In this document: positions 32,458-43,114 of the stretch, piece after piece | Layout: each line of letters starts with the position of its first letter | Position numbering within the stretch: the first letter of the stretch is position 1 | DNA from: Candidatus Yanofskybacteria bacterium | Lineage (GTDB): Bacteria > Patescibacteriota > Minisyncoccia > 2-02-FULL-40-12 > GWA2-44-9 | Length of the DNA: 64,000 nucleotides | Direction: 5' to 3' | NCBI GenBank assembly: GCA_003514055.1 | Contig: DOSG01000002.1 | Location: 13,985-77,984, forward strand | Notes under the pieces: model-generated | The model's database searches: none | What the model was told of the DNA's origin: nothing | Seen by the model: only the letters and a program-made list of their open reading frames with translations | Made by a program: the position numbers and the translations under genes

Positions 32458-34664
32458 CAAAAAAGAACAAGGAAGTTATTAAGTCACGACCAGAGAAGGG
32501 TAGACTAGAAGGGCCATCGCGTTTCGATATAGGTCAGGAAACAAAAAATAGTATTTGGGGGATTTTAAGTTTTATTCTTGCCGTTGTTAGCGTTCTCAGT
32601 TTTATTGGCCGTGCCGGTCAGGGCGGAGCATTGTTTGATTCTTTTGCTCGTTCTCTTTTTGGCTGGGGATTTTTTATAATACCGGTAGCACTAGTTCTGC
32701 TGGGCGTAGCTTTTATTAAATCTATATCTAGAAAAATATACTTTAGCGCCGTATTTGGCACAATCCTATTCACTCTAGCTACGTTGGCTATATTTTTTAT
32801 TTTTGGAGAAGGCTCTTTCAATGTTCGCGTTACTCAGGGCGGCTACTTGGGTATTATACTGGGCTTGCCGCTTCTTAAGTCCGTTGGATTCGTAGCCTCG
32901 GCTATAATCTTGGTGGCGCTTATCCTTATATCGGTATTAGTGTCTTTGGATGTATCGATTACTGGACTATTTTACAAGAACGAAGTTGATGAAGAAGTTG
33001 ATGAGAAGAAGGAAAGACTGACAGATAATGTTGTGGTGAAGAGGAATAACGAAGTGGTTGAAGATAAAAAACCGATGCAAGAAGCTAGGCCGGTAGCTAG
33101 ACCAGTCAAGGCGGAAATTACCGACAAAGAATTCGTCATTAAGAACATGAAGCCTGGCAATTGGGCTCTACCACCAACAACCTTTTTGCAGGAAGATCAG
33201 GACTCTCCGGCTACGGGTGATATAAACGCCAGCGCCATGATCATCAAGAGAACCCTTGGGAACTTTGGCATAGACGTTGAGATGGGCGAAGTCTCAATTG
33301 GCCCGACAGTTACTCAGTATACGATGCGTCCAGCCGTGGGCGTAAAATTGTCTAAAATTACAACTTTAAATCCAGACTTATCTCTGGCTCTAGCCGCTCA
33401 TCCTCTTAGAATTGAGGCTCCAATTCCTGGCAAAGCTTTAGTTGGCATCGAAGTTCCTAATAAAAAAGTGGCTCTAGTTGGATTAAAGAATATGTTTGAG
33501 GAAGAAGATTTTCTTAAATCTAAAAATTTCTTACCACTAGCACTCGGAAGAGATGTTTCAGGTGGAGCTGTTTTCGCCGGTTTAGATAAGATGCCGCACT
33601 TACTCATCGCCGGAGCGACCGGTACTGGAAAGTCTGTAGCTATTAATTCGATTCTGTTGTCTATGTTGTATAAGCACTCTCCTGACGTCCTGAAAATGAT
33701 TTTGGTAGATCCAAAGAGAGTAGAGCTAAGCTTGTACAATGACATTCCTCATCTAATCACGCCAGTCATCACCGATAATAAGAAAGTTCTAGGAGCTTTA
33801 CGCTGGGCGGTGACTGAGATGGAACGCCGCTATGAAACATTGCAAAAAATGGGATCTAGAGATTTATTCTCATATAATGCCAAGATGACCGAGAAGTCGG
33901 AACCATTGATGCCCTTCATTGTTATAGTTATCGATGAATTGGCTGATCTTATGGCTTCTTATGGACGAGATGTTGAAGCGGCAATTGTTAGGCTGGCTCA
34001 AATGTCTCGTGCTGTCGGTATTCATTTGATAGTTTCAACTCAGAGGCCATCGGTAGAGGTTATAACTGGACTGATCAAGGCCAACATCACATCGAGGATT
34101 GGCCTACAGGTGGCGAGTCAAGTTGATTCAAGAACCATATTGGATATGGGCGGAGCCGAGAAATTGCTTGGCCGCGGTGATATGCTTTTCTTGTCGGGAG
34201 ATACATCCAAGCCTAGAAGACTTCAAGGGCCAATGGTAACCGAGAAAGAGGTAAAGGATGTCGTTAAATTCTGGAAGACTCAGGCCGAGAAGATGGAAGT
34301 AACCGAAGAAGCGGGGTTAACTATTGATTTCGAAGCCAAGTCTTCGAGCGGTGGCGGTGGATTTGGCGGTGATGGCGGCAATGAAGAAGACGATATGTAC
34401 GAAGAGGCCAAAGAGACCGTAATTCAAGCCGGAAAAGCTTCGGCTTCCTTGTTGCAGAGAAGACTAAGAGTCGGCTACGCTCGGGCCGCTAGATTACTAG
34501 ATATACTCGAGGATAAGGGCATCATCGGCCCGGGCGATGGCGCCAAGCCTAGGGAGGTTTATGTTAAGCCCGAAGGTATGGCGGTGTCTGGCCCCATGGC
34601 ATATGGCGAGTCAGGTATAAACGCCGATACACCCGAAGCCGAGAGACAAGAAGATCCAGTATAA
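32458..34664 (+). CDS. ftsK: DNA translocase FtsK/SpoIIIE (start set at MGRPKK, downstream of terminator)
   Basis: 4 N-terminal TM, Walker A GATGTGKSV, Walker B VIDELADL, C-terminal gamma winged helix. Confidence 0.9.
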
Positions 34665-34669
34665 TAATT

Positions 34670-34705
34670 AAACAAATCGCACCACCTAGGGGGTGCGATT
34701 TGTTT
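34670..34705 (+). terminator. Rho-independent terminator after ftsK
   Basis: aaacaaatcgcacc-acctaggg-ggtgcgatttgttt. Confidence 0.8.
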
Positions 34706-34766
34706 ACAACTGATTTGATTTCCAGATAATTTCACATATACTTTTATTACTAATTAATCCAACTTT

Positions 34767-35789
34767 ATGGCTAAGAAACAAGAGGACAAACAGCATATCC
34801 AAGATGGTAAAAATAAGTCAGTAGACTTAATGGTGAAGGAGATACAAGAGAAGTATGGTGATGGATCTATTATGAGACTTGGGAATGTTGCTAAGGTAGA
34901 CGTAGACGTCATCCCAACGGGGTCTATTTCGCTTGATTTAGCCCTAGGCGTGGGGGGTATCCCCAGGGGTAGGGTAATAGAGGTATTTGGCCCAGAAAGC
35001 TCTGGTAAAACGACCCTGGCGCTTCACATAGTTTCTGAGGCTCAGAAGCTTGGTGGAGTTGCTGCTTATATCGACGCTGAACATGCCCTAGATCCAGAAT
35101 ATGCCAAGAAGATTGGTGTTAAGATCGATCAACTTTTGATATCCCAGCCGGATACTGGAGAGCAGGCCCTGGATATACTCGAGAGCCTAGTTAAATCTGG
35201 CGGTGTAGACATCGTGGTGATCGATTCGGTAGCAGCGCTTACTCCTCGCGCAGAGATTGAGGGGGAGATGGATCAGCAGCACGTGGGTGGCCAGGCTAGA
35301 CTCATGTCGCATGCTCTAAGAAAGTTGACGGCTATTGTTGCAAAATCGAAGACGTCTGTCCTATTCATTAATCAATTGAGGCAGAAGATTGGCATTATGT
35401 TCGGTAATCCAGAGACTACTCCTGGCGGCCTAGCCTTGAAGTTTTATTCTTCTGTTAGAATAGATATTCGACGCTCGGCCCAGATCCAAAATGGTGAGAA
35501 AATCGTGGGCAACAGAACTAAGGTTAAGATTGTGAAAAATAAAGTTGCGCCACCATTTAGAACTTGCGAGTTTGATATTATGTATAATGAAGGCATCTCA
35601 AGATATTCGGATGTTGTTAATTCGGGCGTGCGCTATGGTGTTTTAACTAAGGCAGGAAGCTGGTTTAATTATGGAGAGGTAAGGCTGGGGCAGGGTATCG
35701 AAGGCTCACGGCAATTTATAAAAGAAAATCCAAAAGTAGAGAAGGAGATAGTTGAGAAAATTAAGGCCGCAGCTGTTCTGGAGGCGTAG
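34767..35789 (+). CDS. recA: Recombinase RecA
   Basis: [13 protein letters not shown] Walker A; full RecA homology. Confidence 0.97.
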   Translation: MAKKQEDKQHIQDGKNKSVDLMVKEIQEKYGDGSIMRLGNVAKVDVDVIPTGSISLDLALGVGGIPRGRVIEVFGPESSGKTTLALHIVSEAQKLGGVAAYIDAEHALDPEYAKKIGVKIDQLLISQPDTGEQALDILESLVKSGGVDIVVIDSVAALTPRAEIEGEMDQQHVGGQARLMSHALRKLTAIVAKSKTSVLFINQLRQKIGIMFGNPETTPGGLALKFYSSVRIDIRRSAQIQNGEKIVGNRTKVKIVKNKVAPPFRTCEFDIMYNEGISRYSDVVNSGVRYGVLTKAGSWFNYGEVRLGQGIEGSRQFIKENPKVEKEIVEKIKAAAVLEA

Positions 35790-35808
35790 GTTATTAATAA
35801 TTTATTCG

Positions 35809-35848
35809 AACTAAAAAGACGATGGCATCTGCCATCGTCTTTTTAGTT
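35809..35848. terminator. Bidirectional terminator between convergent recA and rpsR
   Basis: aactaaaaagacgatggc-atct-gccatcgtctttttagtt. Confidence 0.85.
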
Positions 35849-35853
35849 CACTC

Positions 35854-36066
35854 TTACTTAACTACGGTTTGATTTCTCGTGTATGGCATCATAGCCATGT
35901 ATCTAGCGAGCTTAACGGCATTAGCTATTAATCTTTGATGTTTATTGCAGAGTCTATTCCTACGAGATGATCCGATCTTAAATTGAGAAGTCACAAACTT
36001 TCTCAAGAATTGGGTATCTTTGTAGTCGATAAACTCAGTTTTCTTTTGGCAAAAATCGCAATTCAT
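35854..36066 (-). CDS. rpsR: 30S ribosomal protein S18
   Basis: CDFC..IDYKD..LRKF...RR.R.C.K.QR.I..A.K.AR. Confidence 0.85.
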   Translation of the reverse strand: MNCDFCQKKTEFIDYKDTQFLRKFVTSQFKIGSSRRNRLCNKHQRLIANAVKLARYMAMMPYTRNQTVVK

Positions 36067-36092
36067 TTTTTATTTTATTTCTTAATTATTTT

Positions 36093-36602
36093 TTAGAATG
36101 GTAGGTCCTTCTCTTTTATAGCCATTTCGTCTTCTTCGATGCCGGCATGCAATGGCTCGTTCTCGTCTATTATGGGGATATCAGCATCAGCTGTCTCGGC
36201 GGTAACGCTGGGCTTGTTGGCCGCTGGTCGGATATCGCTTACGAAGCTATCAGATTGATCACTATTGCTTGCGCCAGTAGTTCTCGGTCCAAGCTGTAGA
36301 TTCTCAGCGATTATCTCGGTGGTGTATCTTTTAACGTTGTCTTGGCCCGTCCAATTCCTGGTCTGCATCCTACCCTCGATCATCACTAAGCCGCCTTTCC
36401 TTAGGAACTTACTGGCAACTTCTCCTAATTTGGCCCAGGCGATTACGGTGTGATATTCAGTCGCCTCGCGTCGGCCAGTCTGGTCGGTCCAGACTCTATT
36501 GGTGGCCATCTTTATGGTGGTCACCGTCAGTCCAGATGGAGTTGATCTGGCTTCCGGATCTTGGGTCAACCTTCCGATTAAATATACTTTATTGAGATTC
36601 AT
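36093..36602 (-). CDS. ssb: Single-stranded DNA-binding protein
   Basis: OB fold N-terminus, disordered linker, acidic tail ending DLPF. Confidence 0.9.
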   Translation of the reverse strand: MNLNKVYLIGRLTQDPEARSTPSGLTVTTIKMATNRVWTDQTGRREATEYHTVIAWAKLGEVASKFLRKGGLVMIEGRMQTRNWTGQDNVKRYTTEIIAENLQLGPRTTGASNSDQSDSFVSDIRPAANKPSVTAETADADIPIIDENEPLHAGIEEDEMAIKEKDLPF

Positions 36603-36627
36603 ATATTTTGTTTATTTTTTTAGCCTA

Positions 36628-37065
36628 CTATAGATTCTCGATTATAGTTTCGAGTTGCTCGTCTAGTTGTTTGCTGTCTTTTTCTGGCACCTTGACTTGC
36701 TCTCTCTTCTCGAATCTCTCTCTGGCTTTCTGTTGTCTAGCAATAGTTTTACTGCGTTGCTTGTCGGAAGGCAACTTAACTATGAGATATCTAAAGACAT
36801 TAACATCTGCCTTCATAAACTCATTCAGATTATTAAGCATTTCGCCATCTTTGGTGCTAAAATGCATATATCCGAAGTAGCTACCCTTGTGATGCAGAAC
36901 TGGGTAGGACAGTCTAGTCCTAACTGGTTCTTTCGAAAGGGTTATGTTGGCACCATTCGAAGTAACGAAACCTTCAATAGCGCTTCTGGCCTCTGGTATC
37001 TTTGATTCTTCCAAGTCTGGGGTCATATGAAAAGCCAGCTCGTAATTCTGCGAATCTTCTTTCAT
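36628..37065 (-). CDS. rpsF: 30S ribosomal protein S6 with charged C-terminal extension
   Basis: YELAFHMTPDLEE... S6 pattern; rpsF-ssb-rpsR order. Confidence 0.85.
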   Translation of the reverse strand: MKEDSQNYELAFHMTPDLEESKIPEARSAIEGFVTSNGANITLSKEPVRTRLSYPVLHHKGSYFGYMHFSTKDGEMLNNLNEFMKADVNVFRYLIVKLPSDKQRSKTIARQQKARERFEKREQVKVPEKDSKQLDEQLETIIENL

Positions 37066-37190
37066 TTTGTGGTCTTCATGTGAGGCGACAGATGGTACCT
37101 CATAGAGGTCCCAATGGTTATTCTATCGACGACCACGAAGCCGTTATTTATCGTGCCTATATGCTAACAATTTTATTGTTACTTGTCAAA

Positions 37191-38282
37191 CTAGATTTTG
37201 ATCTCTACGACGTCACCTTCTTGAATGATGTAGTCGCGGCCAACTGTATGTATCTGGCCTTTTGATTTAGATTCTGACCAGCCTCCACATTCGAGTAGTG
37301 TTTTCCAGTTAACGACGTCAGCTCGGATAAATAGTTTCTCAAAATCAGTATGGATGGCGCGCGAAGCCTTGGGGATAAAGTCTCCGATATGGGCCGTCCA
37401 AGCCCTGGTCTCATCTTCGCCTGTGGTCAAGAAGGTCAGGAGGCCAAGGGTTTTATAGCTTTCTTTTATCAAGCGATCTAGTCCACTTTCCGGCAGTCCA
37501 AACTCGGTTAGATATTCTTTTTTTTCTTCTGGCACTAGTTCAGATAGGGTTAATTCTAGCTTGTTACACATTACGATGTATGGCGCGTTGGCGAACATTT
37601 TCTTAAGAGCTTCATCGGGCTCCCATTTGTTCATAATTTGATCTTCTGAGACGTTTATCACGTATAGGAATTTTTTGGCCGTAAGGAGATTTAGCTCTTT
37701 GGCTAAGTTAACTTCTTCTTCGGACAGTTCGAGTTTAGATATGATCTCGCCAGCGTCTAATTGTTTTTTAAACTTTTCTAAAATATGCATTTCGGCTTGG
37801 GCATGCTTGCCCTCGATCGTTTGGAATTTGGCCAGCTTAGATGTTTTTTCGATTCTCTTGCTTACCGTTTCCATGTCGGCCATTACGAGTTCAGTATTTA
37901 TAATTGATGTGTCATCGGCTGGATCAATGCGATTGTGAACGTGCGTAATGTTGCCATCGACGAATGCGCGTACAACTTGAGCAATGGCATCGACTTCCCG
38001 AATATTAGCCAGGAATTTGTTGCCCAATCCTTCGCCCAATGACGCGCCCTTAACTAGCCCGGCGATATCCGTAAATTCAATAGTGGTATTTATTATTTTT
38101 TTCGAGTTTGATAGCTGGGCCAGGGGAGCAAGTCTTTCGTCTGGTACGGCAACGACGCCGACGTTGGGGTCGATAGTGGTGAATGGATAATTTTGAATAT
38201 CTACTTGTTTGTTGGTAACGGCCTTGAACAGTGTAGATTTTCCGACGTTTGGTAATCCGACAATTCCGATAGATAATGACAT
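37191..38282 (-). CDS. ychF: Ribosome-binding ATPase YchF (Obg family)
   Basis: GIVGLPNVGKSTLF, DIAGLV, C-terminal TGS domain. Confidence 0.93.
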   Translation of the reverse strand: MSLSIGIVGLPNVGKSTLFKAVTNKQVDIQNYPFTTIDPNVGVVAVPDERLAPLAQLSNSKKIINTTIEFTDIAGLVKGASLGEGLGNKFLANIREVDAIAQVVRAFVDGNITHVHNRIDPADDTSIINTELVMADMETVSKRIEKTSKLAKFQTIEGKHAQAEMHILEKFKKQLDAGEIISKLELSEEEVNLAKELNLLTAKKFLYVINVSEDQIMNKWEPDEALKKMFANAPYIVMCNKLELTLSELVPEEKKEYLTEFGLPESGLDRLIKESYKTLGLLTFLTTGEDETRAWTAHIGDFIPKASRAIHTDFEKLFIRADVVNWKTLLECGGWSESKSKGQIHTVGRDYIIQEGDVVEIKI

Positions 38283-38441
38283 AGGATCATGGTAACAAAA
38301 ATTTACAAAAAACCAAGCTTAGTATCCCATGCATCGAGTGTATCTCTGGTTACGGCTGGGATAGTACGTGGTTTGACTACGCATTGACCTAATTAGTATA
38401 TCTGTTACCCTGGCTCTAGCGTCATTTACAAGAGGTGCGTA

Positions 38442-39212
38442 ATGAGACATCCTCAACTGGTTCGAAGCGCGGCTTTGGCCTTATTTATCGTAGCACTACC
38501 TAGCCTGGCCTTATCGCAGGATAATGAAGGTGAAAAGCAGAACTATAGGGGTAAATATGAAGTTTCTTTGTGGCTGGAATTAAATACTGGCTTTTCAGAC
38601 TATAGACCAGTGTTCGATAAGGATTATAAGAAGCTTTTCTTGCCCATCGGAGGGATAGAAGAGCTTGATACAAAAGCTAGGATATCTACCCTTGGAATTC
38701 GGCCCGTTTTTGCTATAGCCCTGCATCGAGGTAAGATTAATGTCACTCTACCGATTTCCTATAGAATCGCTGATTGGAGCTTATCGGAGGTCAATGATTC
38801 AACTCCTCATGGCCTAGTTAGTCTGACGACTATCGATTGGTGGGATAGGGTTATCGCTGGGGATGTGGTATCTAGCCATTTCAGTCCTCGAGTCGGTTTA
38901 GCTATGACCTTTGGCAGAATCGAAATCTCTCCTTCGATACAGCACTATCAGCTAAAAGAAAGAAGGTATCGGGGTATTGACTGTGTGGGTTGCGGGAATA
39001 GCTCGGAAGTATACGAAAGCAAGGTGTTAGAAAGCGGTGTTAGTCCACGCATCGAATTTGTGTGGTTGGCTCGTGGTTTCGGAGAGAGAAAGAGCGATTA
39101 CGCTCCAGATCCAGTCTTTAACGGTTTAAGTGTCGCCTATGAACGAGTTGGATCTAAATATTGGCGATTAAGTATCGCCCTTAGGATGCTTGGTATCGAA
39201 TTAAAAAAGTGA
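38442..39212 (+). CDS. Secreted hypothetical protein (signal peptide)
   Basis: N-terminal MRHPQLVRSAALALFIVALPSLALSQ; no family recognised. Confidence 0.55.
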   Translation: MRHPQLVRSAALALFIVALPSLALSQDNEGEKQNYRGKYEVSLWLELNTGFSDYRPVFDKDYKKLFLPIGGIEELDTKARISTLGIRPVFAIALHRGKINVTLPISYRIADWSLSEVNDSTPHGLVSLTTIDWWDRVIAGDVVSSHFSPRVGLAMTFGRIEISPSIQHYQLKERRYRGIDCVGCGNSSEVYESKVLESGVSPRIEFVWLARGFGERKSDYAPDPVFNGLSVAYERVGSKYWRLSIALRMLGIELKK

Positions 39213-39219
39213 AGATTTT

Positions 39220-39243
39220 GCCCCTACTCGGGGCCTTTTTATT
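39220..39243 (+). terminator. Rho-independent terminator
   Basis: gcccc-tactc-ggggc then cttttt. Confidence 0.7.
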
Positions 39244-39417
39244 TCTACAAAGAAAGATAAATTAGTTTGGATGAGAGAGGTGCTGTAGCGGGAATGGGAT
39301 CATACAAAGAGAATAGGAAGTAACTTCGGAGAGTCTATAGGATGGAATAGCTCACTTAAATCGCAGTGGAGCTCTATGTTAAAGCAAAAGGGCGTAGCTG
39401 TGATATACTTCTGATGT

Positions 39418-40755
39418 ATGGGAGACATTTTTAAAGCCTACGATGTCAGGGGAATATATCCGACCGAACTGGATGAAAATCGAGCCTATTTAATCGCGAA
39501 GGCCACTGTTAAATCTCTAGGTGCCAAAAAAATCGTAGTTGGTCAAGATGAGAGGAGCTCATCGCCGGGAATAAGCGAAGCCGTGGTACGTGGAGCGGTA
39601 GAAATGGGCTGTGACGTGATTTACATCGGTCAGACGACAACTCCTATATTTTACTTCACAGTTAACCACCTGCAAGTAGATGGAGGCATTATGATAACTG
39701 CCTCGCATAATCCGATTGAGTATGGTGGACTAAAGATAGTCGGCAGAGATGCCATAAGCGTTGGTCTCGAAAACGGTCTTGCGGAGATAAGAGATATCTC
39801 GAATGGAGAAATTGGATTGGCTGATAAGCGTGGCAATTTGATCAAAAAAGATGATGCGCTTGATAATTACGTGAGTTGGATTTTAGACAACGAGAAGATA
39901 AAGCCTGGAGAGCTTGATAATTTCAATATAGTAATCGATATTGGCGATGGTCCAGTTTTTAGGTCAATGAAGAGAGTCTTGGATGCTATTCGTATTAATT
40001 ACACGAACCTTGGTGGGAGCTTCTTAAGCGGCAAGTCTCCAAATCCATATCGTCCTAGTGCGCTTGATGCCCTAATAGTTAAGATTAATAATGATAAATT
40101 CGATTTTGGAATATCTCTTGACCTTGATGGCGATCGTTTAGCGATAGTGTCTAATGATGGAATGATCGTCTCGGTGTCGAGTATATTAGCAATGTTGTGG
40201 CAGCAGTCGTTTGGCCTATGGAGTAAACCTAAGATTGTATATACGGCCAACATGTCCAAAAATGTTGTAAGAATTTTTGGTCATCGGGGCATTATATCTA
40301 AGATAGGTAGAGTAGCTGTAGCTAATTCAATGCGAGGCAAGAAGGCTAGCCTTGGTGCAGAAAATTCAGGCCACATATTTTTTAAGGAAGCCAACTATTC
40401 TGAATGCCCAGAGATGGTAATTATTAGACTACTCAAAGTTCTCAAAGATAAAAAGGCATCCATATCTGAAGTGATAAAAACATTGTCTGGCGAATATGTC
40501 GGTTCTGGCGAGATCGCTATAGCGACTGATAAAGACTGGAAAGACGTGATCAATATCGTTAAGAGCAAATATTCCAATGGTAAGATTTCAGAGTTGGACG
40601 GCGTGTCAATTGATTTTAACGACTGGTGGTTTAACTTGAGGTCAAGCAACACTGAGCCGCTTATGAGGTTGTTTGTTGAGGCAAAGAGCGGGGAGTTGCT
40701 GAACGAGAAGAAGAATGAGCTAATTAATTTCATAGATAAGAACAAGAGCGTATAG
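39418..40755 (+). CDS. alpha-D-phosphohexomutase (phosphomannomutase/phosphoglucomutase)
   Basis: Active-site TASHNP, four-domain layout. Confidence 0.85.
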   Translation: MGDIFKAYDVRGIYPTELDENRAYLIAKATVKSLGAKKIVVGQDERSSSPGISEAVVRGAVEMGCDVIYIGQTTTPIFYFTVNHLQVDGGIMITASHNPIEYGGLKIVGRDAISVGLENGLAEIRDISNGEIGLADKRGNLIKKDDALDNYVSWILDNEKIKPGELDNFNIVIDIGDGPVFRSMKRVLDAIRINYTNLGGSFLSGKSPNPYRPSALDALIVKINNDKFDFGISLDLDGDRLAIVSNDGMIVSVSSILAMLWQQSFGLWSKPKIVYTANMSKNVVRIFGHRGIISKIGRVAVANSMRGKKASLGAENSGHIFFKEANYSECPEMVIIRLLKVLKDKKASISEVIKTLSGEYVGSGEIAIATDKDWKDVINIVKSKYSNGKISELDGVSIDFNDWWFNLRSSNTEPLMRLFVEAKSGELLNEKKNELINFIDKNKSV

Positions 40756-40761
40756 AATTTT

Positions 40762-40801
40762 AATGGCGGTCTTCTAAACCTGAAGGCCGCCATTGTTTTT
40801 C
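40762..40801 (+). terminator. Rho-independent terminator after phosphohexomutase
   Basis: aatggcggtcttc-taaacct-gaaggccgccatt then gttttt. Confidence 0.7.
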
Positions 40802-40850
40802 AGCCCGTACTCAAGAAAGCCACAGTCTCGCTCTAAACGCTCTTACATAA

Positions 40851-40898
40851 GATTAATCAACCTAAAACGCCCATATGGGCGTTTTAGGTTGATTAATC
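40851..40898. repeat. Perfect 23-bp-arm palindrome (hairpin), putative terminator of the convergent rnj gene or a protein-binding site
   Basis: gattaatcaacctaaaacgccca-tat-gggcgttttaggttgattaatc. Confidence 0.6.
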
Positions 40899-40903
40899 TG
40901 AGC

Positions 40904-42754
40904 TTAGACTTCCAGTATGACTGGCAAGACCATTGGTCGACGTTCTGTCTTTTGGAACAGGAACTGTCCAACCTGATTTCTAATTTGATCTTTGAGATAA
41001 GCCAAGTTCGGATTTGTTATGTTCTGGGCTTCTACTATATATTTTATTTTCTTTCTAATTTGGCCTAGCAACTCTTTATTGTCTTTAAGGTATATAAAGC
41101 CACGAGAGATTATATCGGGACTACCCTTAACTTTTCCGTTATTGGCATCGACTAGGGTAATGACAACGATGAATCCATCGGCGGCCAGTATCTGCCTATC
41201 ACGCAGAACAACATTGCCAATATCGCCGATACCAAGGCCGTCAACAAAGACATAGTCTGATGGCGCTTGTTTCTTATCAAACCACCATTTATCTTTTTCG
41301 ACGTGAGTAACCGTTCCATTGTCGGCAATTATGATGTTGTTTTCGGGAATTCCTTCCTCCATGCCTAAGAATTTATGATTCACCATCATGGAATATTGTC
41401 CATGAATTGGCATCAAGAATCTAGGCTTAATTAGCTGGATCATTCTTCTTAGATCTTCTTTGCTACCGTGCCCGCCGGCATGAATATCTAGCATTTTATA
41501 ATTAAATACCTGAGCTCCATTTCTGTAGAGTTGATCTTTTAGGAACTGAACATTCCTTTCGTTGCCTGGGACGACCGAAGAAGAGAATATGTACGTATCT
41601 TTCTTGTGTGTCTGTAGGTGCTTATGCTCTCCGCTAGCGATTCTCATGAGAACGGCATTGCCTTCGCCTTGCGCTCCGGTAACTATGGCAGTTACTTTCT
41701 CTCTTGGATAATTGTGAACCTCATCCATTGTTATCTGAGTGCCTTTTTGGAGTTTCAGATATCCAAGCTTTTTACATATTTCGACATTGCTCTTCATCGA
41801 ATAACCATCGAACACAACCTTACGACCGAATTTCTCGGATATAGTTATGATCTGTTGGATACGGTTGATAAGAGATGCGAAGGTTCCAACGATGACCATG
41901 CCCGTAGAATCTGAGAATAATTTCTCCAAGTTCTTGGTAACATCTTGTTCGGAGAGTGAGTGACCTTCGGATTCAGCTCCAGTTGAGTCGGACATCAGTA
42001 ACAGCACGCCCTCATCGGCGATCCTTTTCATCTCTTCTATGTCTGCTGGCAAATCATTGACTGGGGTATCGTCGAATTTATAGTCAGACGTGTGAACGAC
42101 ATGTCCAAGAGGAGTTTTTATGACTATCTCTAAGTCGTCAGGAATTGAATGGTTTATTCTCAACACCTTCACCGAAATCTTATCGCTGATCTTAATCTCG
42201 TCTCCAGCCTTAACCTCGTTCACGACTAGAGGTTTCTGGAATTTGAAGTCGTCCTGCCTCTTAATCATTATGGCTCGAGTTAGGGGAGCGGCGTATATAT
42301 CTGGGTCGCCAATCTTATCTCTAAGGAACGGCAAAGCTCCGATGTGATCCATATGACCATGAGTAAAGAACATGGCCTTAACCATATCTTTTTTATCTTC
42401 TAACCATCCAACATTAGGTAGGATGGAATCAATACCGGGCATATTTTCTTCTGCCCATCTCAATCCGCAGTCAATCAAGATAATGTCATCATCGTATTGG
42501 ATGGCCGACATATTCCTGCCGATCTCACCTAAACCGCCCAGATGGACAATTTTAAGCCCTCCGGTTTTGCTATCGGTTTCCTTGTAGTTCGGATCTTTAT
42601 CGGTCCTAAAGACTTTTATGCGTCTTACGACCGGTTTTGACCATTCACGACCGCGGCCACCGCCGCGAGGGGACTTCTTTTTCGGCATAGCCGGAGAAGT
42701 CGTTGGTGCAGCCGGAGCCGATGTGGCTGTGGCTACTATTTTTTCTTCTATCAT
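40904..42754 (-). CDS. rnj: Ribonuclease J (metallo-beta-lactamase/beta-CASP) with ~75-aa low-complexity N-terminal extension
   Basis: FFTHGHMDHIGALP, beta-CASP region. Confidence 0.9.
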   Translation of the reverse strand: MIEEKIVATATSAPAAPTTSPAMPKKKSPRGGGRGREWSKPVVRRIKVFRTDKDPNYKETDSKTGGLKIVHLGGLGEIGRNMSAIQYDDDIILIDCGLRWAEENMPGIDSILPNVGWLEDKKDMVKAMFFTHGHMDHIGALPFLRDKIGDPDIYAAPLTRAIMIKRQDDFKFQKPLVVNEVKAGDEIKISDKISVKVLRINHSIPDDLEIVIKTPLGHVVHTSDYKFDDTPVNDLPADIEEMKRIADEGVLLLMSDSTGAESEGHSLSEQDVTKNLEKLFSDSTGMVIVGTFASLINRIQQIITISEKFGRKVVFDGYSMKSNVEICKKLGYLKLQKGTQITMDEVHNYPREKVTAIVTGAQGEGNAVLMRIASGEHKHLQTHKKDTYIFSSSVVPGNERNVQFLKDQLYRNGAQVFNYKMLDIHAGGHGSKEDLRRMIQLIKPRFLMPIHGQYSMMVNHKFLGMEEGIPENNIIIADNGTVTHVEKDKWWFDKKQAPSDYVFVDGLGIGDIGNVVLRDRQILAADGFIVVITLVDANNGKVKGSPDIISRGFIYLKDNKELLGQIRKKIKYIVEAQNITNPNLAYLKDQIRNQVGQFLFQKTERRPMVLPVILEV

Positions 42755-43016
42755 TTCGATTTCTATAACTGGATCTGGAAAAGATTAGTCAAATTAAAAA
42801 CTGTACTAAAGCTAATTTCGAGATCCTAAATTAAAAAGTAATTTACAAAAAGTGGGCGGGGGGAGATTTGGTCACGAATCACGGCTCACCGTCGTTCGTC
42901 GTGTTCGCGACCCCGCCTCGTGGTTGCATCTGCTGACGCAACATCGCTCCGGCTTTCAAATCTCCCAACACAACAAATAAATTTGTTGTGTTGCCACTAT
43001 TTCAATTATTATTCTG

Positions 43017-43100
43017 TGGGCGGGGGGAGATTTGAACTCCCACGGGCTTGCGCCCATAGCGCTCTGAACGCTACGTGTCTGCCAGTTTCACCACTCGCCC
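43017..43100 (-). tRNA. tRNA-Leu (anticodon CAG), class II long variable arm
   Basis: Minus-strand read GGGCGAG...GTAGCG-TTCAGAG-CGCTAT...GGGAG-TTCAAAT-CTCCC-CCCGCCC-A; one A.C mismatch in acceptor stem. Confidence 0.8.
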
Positions 43101-43114
43101 GGTGAATCTATGAG

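Noticed and set aside
36608-37265. + strand ORFs of 90, 112 and 87 aa overlapping rpsF and the ychF 3' end
   Set aside because: They are antisense to the conserved rpsF and ychF genes, and their translations are Leu/Ser-rich low-complexity sequence.
42920-43105. 61-aa + strand ORF
   Set aside because: It overlaps the tRNA-Leu gene and its 3'-end repeat, and its translation is low-complexity.
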